In this document: one piece after another, positions 61,104 to 64,000 of the stretch
Layout of the letters: each line of letters starts with the position of its first letter
Position numbering within the stretch: position 1 is the stretch's first letter
Source: an uncultured Spirochaetota bacterium
GTDB lineage: Bacteria > Spirochaetota > Brevinematia > Brevinematales > JAOACQ01
NCBI GenBank assembly: GCA_963835575.1
Contig: CAWIGG010000002.1
Coordinates: 608,001 to 672,000 of the forward strand
Length of the DNA stretch: 64,000 nucleotides
Direction of reading: 5' to 3'
Position numbers and translations under genes: made by a program
The notes under the pieces: model-generated
What the model was told of the DNA's origin: nothing
Seen by the model: only the letters and a program-made list of their open reading frames with translations
Databases searched by the model: none

Positions 61104-62378
61104 ATGCTAATCCGGGATGCTATCGGGATTGATCCCGATTCACAACAGTATGTGTGTATGTATGTCAAAGCGGAAGACTGGAAAACGGAACGGAAAGCCT
61201 TTCCGGTTACCACAAGCGGCCTTGATAATCTGATCGAATGGACTCGGTCGAAAAATGACCCGATTATCGCCATCGAGGGAAGCAACGGGCAGAGTAAGCC
61301 CTTAGAGAAAGTGCTTCGTAAGGAATCGATGACCTATTACTCGTTTAAAGCAAGGGATGTTGAACAAAAGAGGAAAAGCCAGCTCCCGGCGGGAAAGAAC
61401 AACGAAAAGGATGCTCATGCCGCCGCTCTTTTGGCTTTAGAGCGTGAAATGAACGGTTCTCTGGAAAAATGGAGAAGGGTCTATCCTGTTGACAGCGAAT
61501 TACAGACGATAACCCGGAAATATGAAAGTGTAAGCGGCAGGATCACAGAGGAAATATCCGGGCTGTGGAAGCTTTTATGCGAGGCTTCCCCGGATGTTTA
61601 CCTGTTCTTAAGCGGCAAGAATATGGAGACGGATAACAGACGTAATGTTTTGAATAGCGCAGGAGTACTGAATTTGCTGTGTAATTGTCCCGATTTAAGC
61701 CAATGGAGGAGATTAAGCGCGGAGAAAATGAAAGAGCTGATGGGTGGAGGCTCTTATAGAGGCCGGGATAAGACCATCGCCGGCTTACAGGTAATAGCCC
61801 AAAGAATCTTGGGTGTAGCGGGCCCCATTTCCATGATGATCCGGCAATCTGCTGAAAATATTATTCTTTTGAAAGGCCATAAGGAAGAAATGAAGAAGAT
61901 TTTGGATAATCTGGCTGAATCCAGGGAAGCTGTCCGGGTTTTAGCCTATGACGAATCCAATGGCAATGGGTTGAAAGGAATCGGCGTGATCACTGCCTCT
62001 ACGATGATAGCCGAGATTATTCATATCAATCGTTTTGTTAAAGAGGACAGCCTGGCGTTATATGCGGGATTCGGTATGGTGGAAGATGAAACCGGAAAGA
62101 AAAATAGGGGTGAAAGAAAGAAGATGAAACATACTCACGATTATAACCGCCGTTTGAAAAACGCCTTTATGAACGCGGCCAAGAACTTTGTTCACTGGAA
62201 TCCGGACCACCATATTTCCGGCATGCACAGGAATTTGATAAAAAATGGAATGAGCAGGCTCGAAGCGAATAAAAGGGTTGCCAGAGCATTAGTCCGTAAG
62301 ATATTTCGGATATTAAAGGACTATGAGTCTGAAAATATAAGGAAAATGGAAGAAAACGGGGTGGCAAAAGTGGGTTAG
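61104..62378 (+). CDS. IS110-family recombinase/transposase
   Basis: GID (D10), IEG (E58), KNNEKDA (N100/D103), GIGVITAS..IAEI..I.RF....L..YAG, N.RLK, VARAL.R.I; GGAGG RBS. Confidence 0.92.
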   Translation: MLIRDAIGIDPDSQQYVCMYVKAEDWKTERKAFPVTTSGLDNLIEWTRSKNDPIIAIEGSNGQSKPLEKVLRKESMTYYSFKARDVEQKRKSQLPAGKNNEKDAHAAALLALEREMNGSLEKWRRVYPVDSELQTITRKYESVSGRITEEISGLWKLLCEASPDVYLFLSGKNMETDNRRNVLNSAGVLNLLCNCPDLSQWRRLSAEKMKELMGGGSYRGRDKTIAGLQVIAQRILGVAGPISMMIRQSAENIILLKGHKEEMKKILDNLAESREAVRVLAYDESNGNGLKGIGVITASTMIAEIIHINRFVKEDSLALYAGFGMVEDETGKKNRGERKKMKHTHDYNRRLKNAFMNAAKNFVHWNPDHHISGMHRNLIKNGMSRLEANKRVARALVRKIFRILKDYESENIRKMEENGVAKVG

Positions 62379-62601
62379 AAACCCTGCGGAAATATTCCGC
62401 GAGCAACACCTCCATTTTCTTCCGCCTTTATTATATCGAACTACTGAGGTTTTTTAAATATTTTGATTGTTTTTTTCTTGACTTAACTAAAACAATCTTC
62501 CTGTTGAACTAAACCCCGTTTCTCTATTCGCGTCCATTCGCGGGTAACCTCGTTTGCGCCCCTTGGTGCTCTTAGTGTTTTTGTGGTTAAATTAAAGTAC
62601 C

Positions 62602-63999
62602 TCAATCTTTATTCATTTCATAGATCTCATTAAAAAGGTAGGAATTGGCGAGGAAGATTTTCAAAAGCTCCGGGTCAAAATGGGCGGGATTGACCCTGTC
62701 ATCGCCATGGGAGATGATATCGACGGCTTTTTCATGAGAGAGCTCGTATTTGTAAGGTCTGGCGCTGCGGAGCGCGTCATAGATATCGGCGAAAGCCATG
62801 ATCCGCCCGGGGAGCGGTATAAGCTTGCCCTTCAGGCGCTCCGGGTAGCCGCTTCCGTCCCATTTTTCATGGTGATAAAGCGCGATCTGCCGGGCCGTCA
62901 TCAGCACGAGCGAACCGGCGCCGTCAAATATTTTTCCGCCGATAACAGTGTGTTTTTCCATGATTTTCCATTCTTTTTGAGAAAGCCGCCCTTTTTTAAA
63001 GAGGATCCTGTCGGGAATTCCGACCTTGCCGACGTCATGCATGGGGGCCGCGAAATAGAGGTTTTCAACTTCTTCACCTGAAAGTCCCATTTTTTCGGCT
63101 AAAAGCTTGACGTAAAGGCTCACTCTCTTGATATGGGCTCCAGTTTCCGGGTCCCTCAGCTCGGCGATAATGGCCATACGGTTGATCGCTTCGAGATAGG
63201 CGAAATCGACCTTACGGAAGGCATTGTCTCTTTCCCACAAAGTCTTTTCCAGATCTGCTTTTTTTATTTCTATTTCCCTGTAAAGGCGGGTGAATTTATT
63301 TGACAGAACAAAAGAAGTGCTCAATATGAAGATCAGAAAGCCGTATGGGGAAAACGGCGCCAGCGCGTTCAGCAGCGGGGATGTGATGACATTCTTTGAA
63401 ATAATAATGTCCATGATAACAGTCAGGATCATGAAAATCATGGGATAGAGCATGACCAGAGCGTCTTTATTTTTTCTGCGTTCTCTAAGCAGAATGATAA
63501 ATATTGAAATAATAGGAATAGTCCAGCTGTATTGGTAAATATTGATATTCAGGAAATCCCATAAAGCCGGTTCGCTACTGATCAGCGCCGTAATAATACA
63601 GCCCGCCGAAACGGCGTAAAAAATGTAATGAAGAATGTTCCTTTTTTGATTAAAATGCCGCAGGATGAACTCGAAAAATAAAGGGACAACGGTAAATAAA
63701 CAGATGTATTCAATTCTTTTCAGGAGCATAAAATCCTGTATTATGAAATACTTCACTTCCGAATGCATGAAAAAATAGATTGAGAAGAACAGGCAGAAGA
63801 GGCCGAAAAATAAATTATCGGAGCCTTTTTCAATCCTGACATAGAACAGTAAAAAATAAAGGCCGAAAACTATGATGACAATAGTGAGAAAAGTTTTAAT
63901 ATATTCGGTTAAAAAATAATGATGCGTAATTTTTTGATATGGGGCGATCATGATAAGCCCGTTTATCAATCCGGCTTCATAGGAAAAATATCCTTTCAC
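62602..63999 (-). CDS. Membrane-bound HD-GYP phosphodiesterase with 7TM-DISM-like sensor (5' end probably beyond the window)
   Basis: ~7 TM helices, then RDPETGAH..RV, MHDVGK, HHEKWDGSGYP, ADIYDAL, HFDP. Confidence 0.9.
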   Translation of the reverse strand: MKGYFSYEAGLINGLIMIAPYQKITHHYFLTEYIKTFLTIVIIVFGLYFLLFYVRIEKGSDNLFFGLFCLFFSIYFFMHSEVKYFIIQDFMLLKRIEYICLFTVVPLFFEFILRHFNQKRNILHYIFYAVSAGCIITALISSEPALWDFLNINIYQYSWTIPIISIFIILLRERRKNKDALVMLYPMIFMILTVIMDIIISKNVITSPLLNALAPFSPYGFLIFILSTSFVLSNKFTRLYREIEIKKADLEKTLWERDNAFRKVDFAYLEAINRMAIIAELRDPETGAHIKRVSLYVKLLAEKMGLSGEEVENLYFAAPMHDVGKVGIPDRILFKKGRLSQKEWKIMEKHTVIGGKIFDGAGSLVLMTARQIALYHHEKWDGSGYPERLKGKLIPLPGRIMAFADIYDALRSARPYKYELSHEKAVDIISHGDDRVNPAHFDPELLKIFLANSYLFNEIYEMNKD

Positions 64000-64000
64000 C

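Larger units (their letters stand above)
60849..62499 (+). mobile_element. IS110-family element (complete), TCTT core at both junctions
   Basis: cccg|TCTT|gtaagc (60849-60852) and taaaacaa|TCTT|cctg (62496-62499); no terminal IRs; ~250-bp left non-coding end. Confidence 0.9.

Noticed and set aside
60751..61285. ORFs 60751-61008 and 60878-61285
   Set aside because: Cross the IS110 end, bridge RNA and transposase start; no protein features

Overview
AT-rich bacterial chromosomal window with about 55 genes. The gene content (yraN/HD-GYP/FlhB-like operon, a HEAT-repeat exported protein, a stand-alone GHKL-type protein, a FliG-like protein) suggests a spirochaete-like diderm; this is inference. 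Housekeeping genes include proS, surE, thpR, rlmD, gdhA, a split glutamate-synthase-like cluster, aroQ-pepP-efp-accB-like-accC-asp23, icd, groES, leuB, hisI and hisG. Main accessory features: (1) a complete IS110-family element (60849-62499) whose left non-coding end folds into a two-loop bridge RNA, with all four guide segments matching the element's own ends and target flanks, a promoter formed at the circle junction, and Asn/Thr at two canonical catalytic positions of the recombinase; (2) an IS1182-like element with IRs and a 6-bp TSD; (3) a lone contractile-injection-system tail-tube gene; (4) a six-gene secreted DUF11/discoidin/T9SS-like CTD/PorV-CBM48 cluster; (5) an AccB homolog lacking the biotinyl-lysine; (6) an HNH gene bracketed by 17-bp inverted repeats; (7) a dispersed family of 8-10-nt-periodic inverted-arm repeats, one pair enclosing a decayed GxxExxY gene and one arm being the IS110 target. 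No rRNA, tRNA or CRISPR array was recognised. All calls come from motif recognition by eye; no searches were run.
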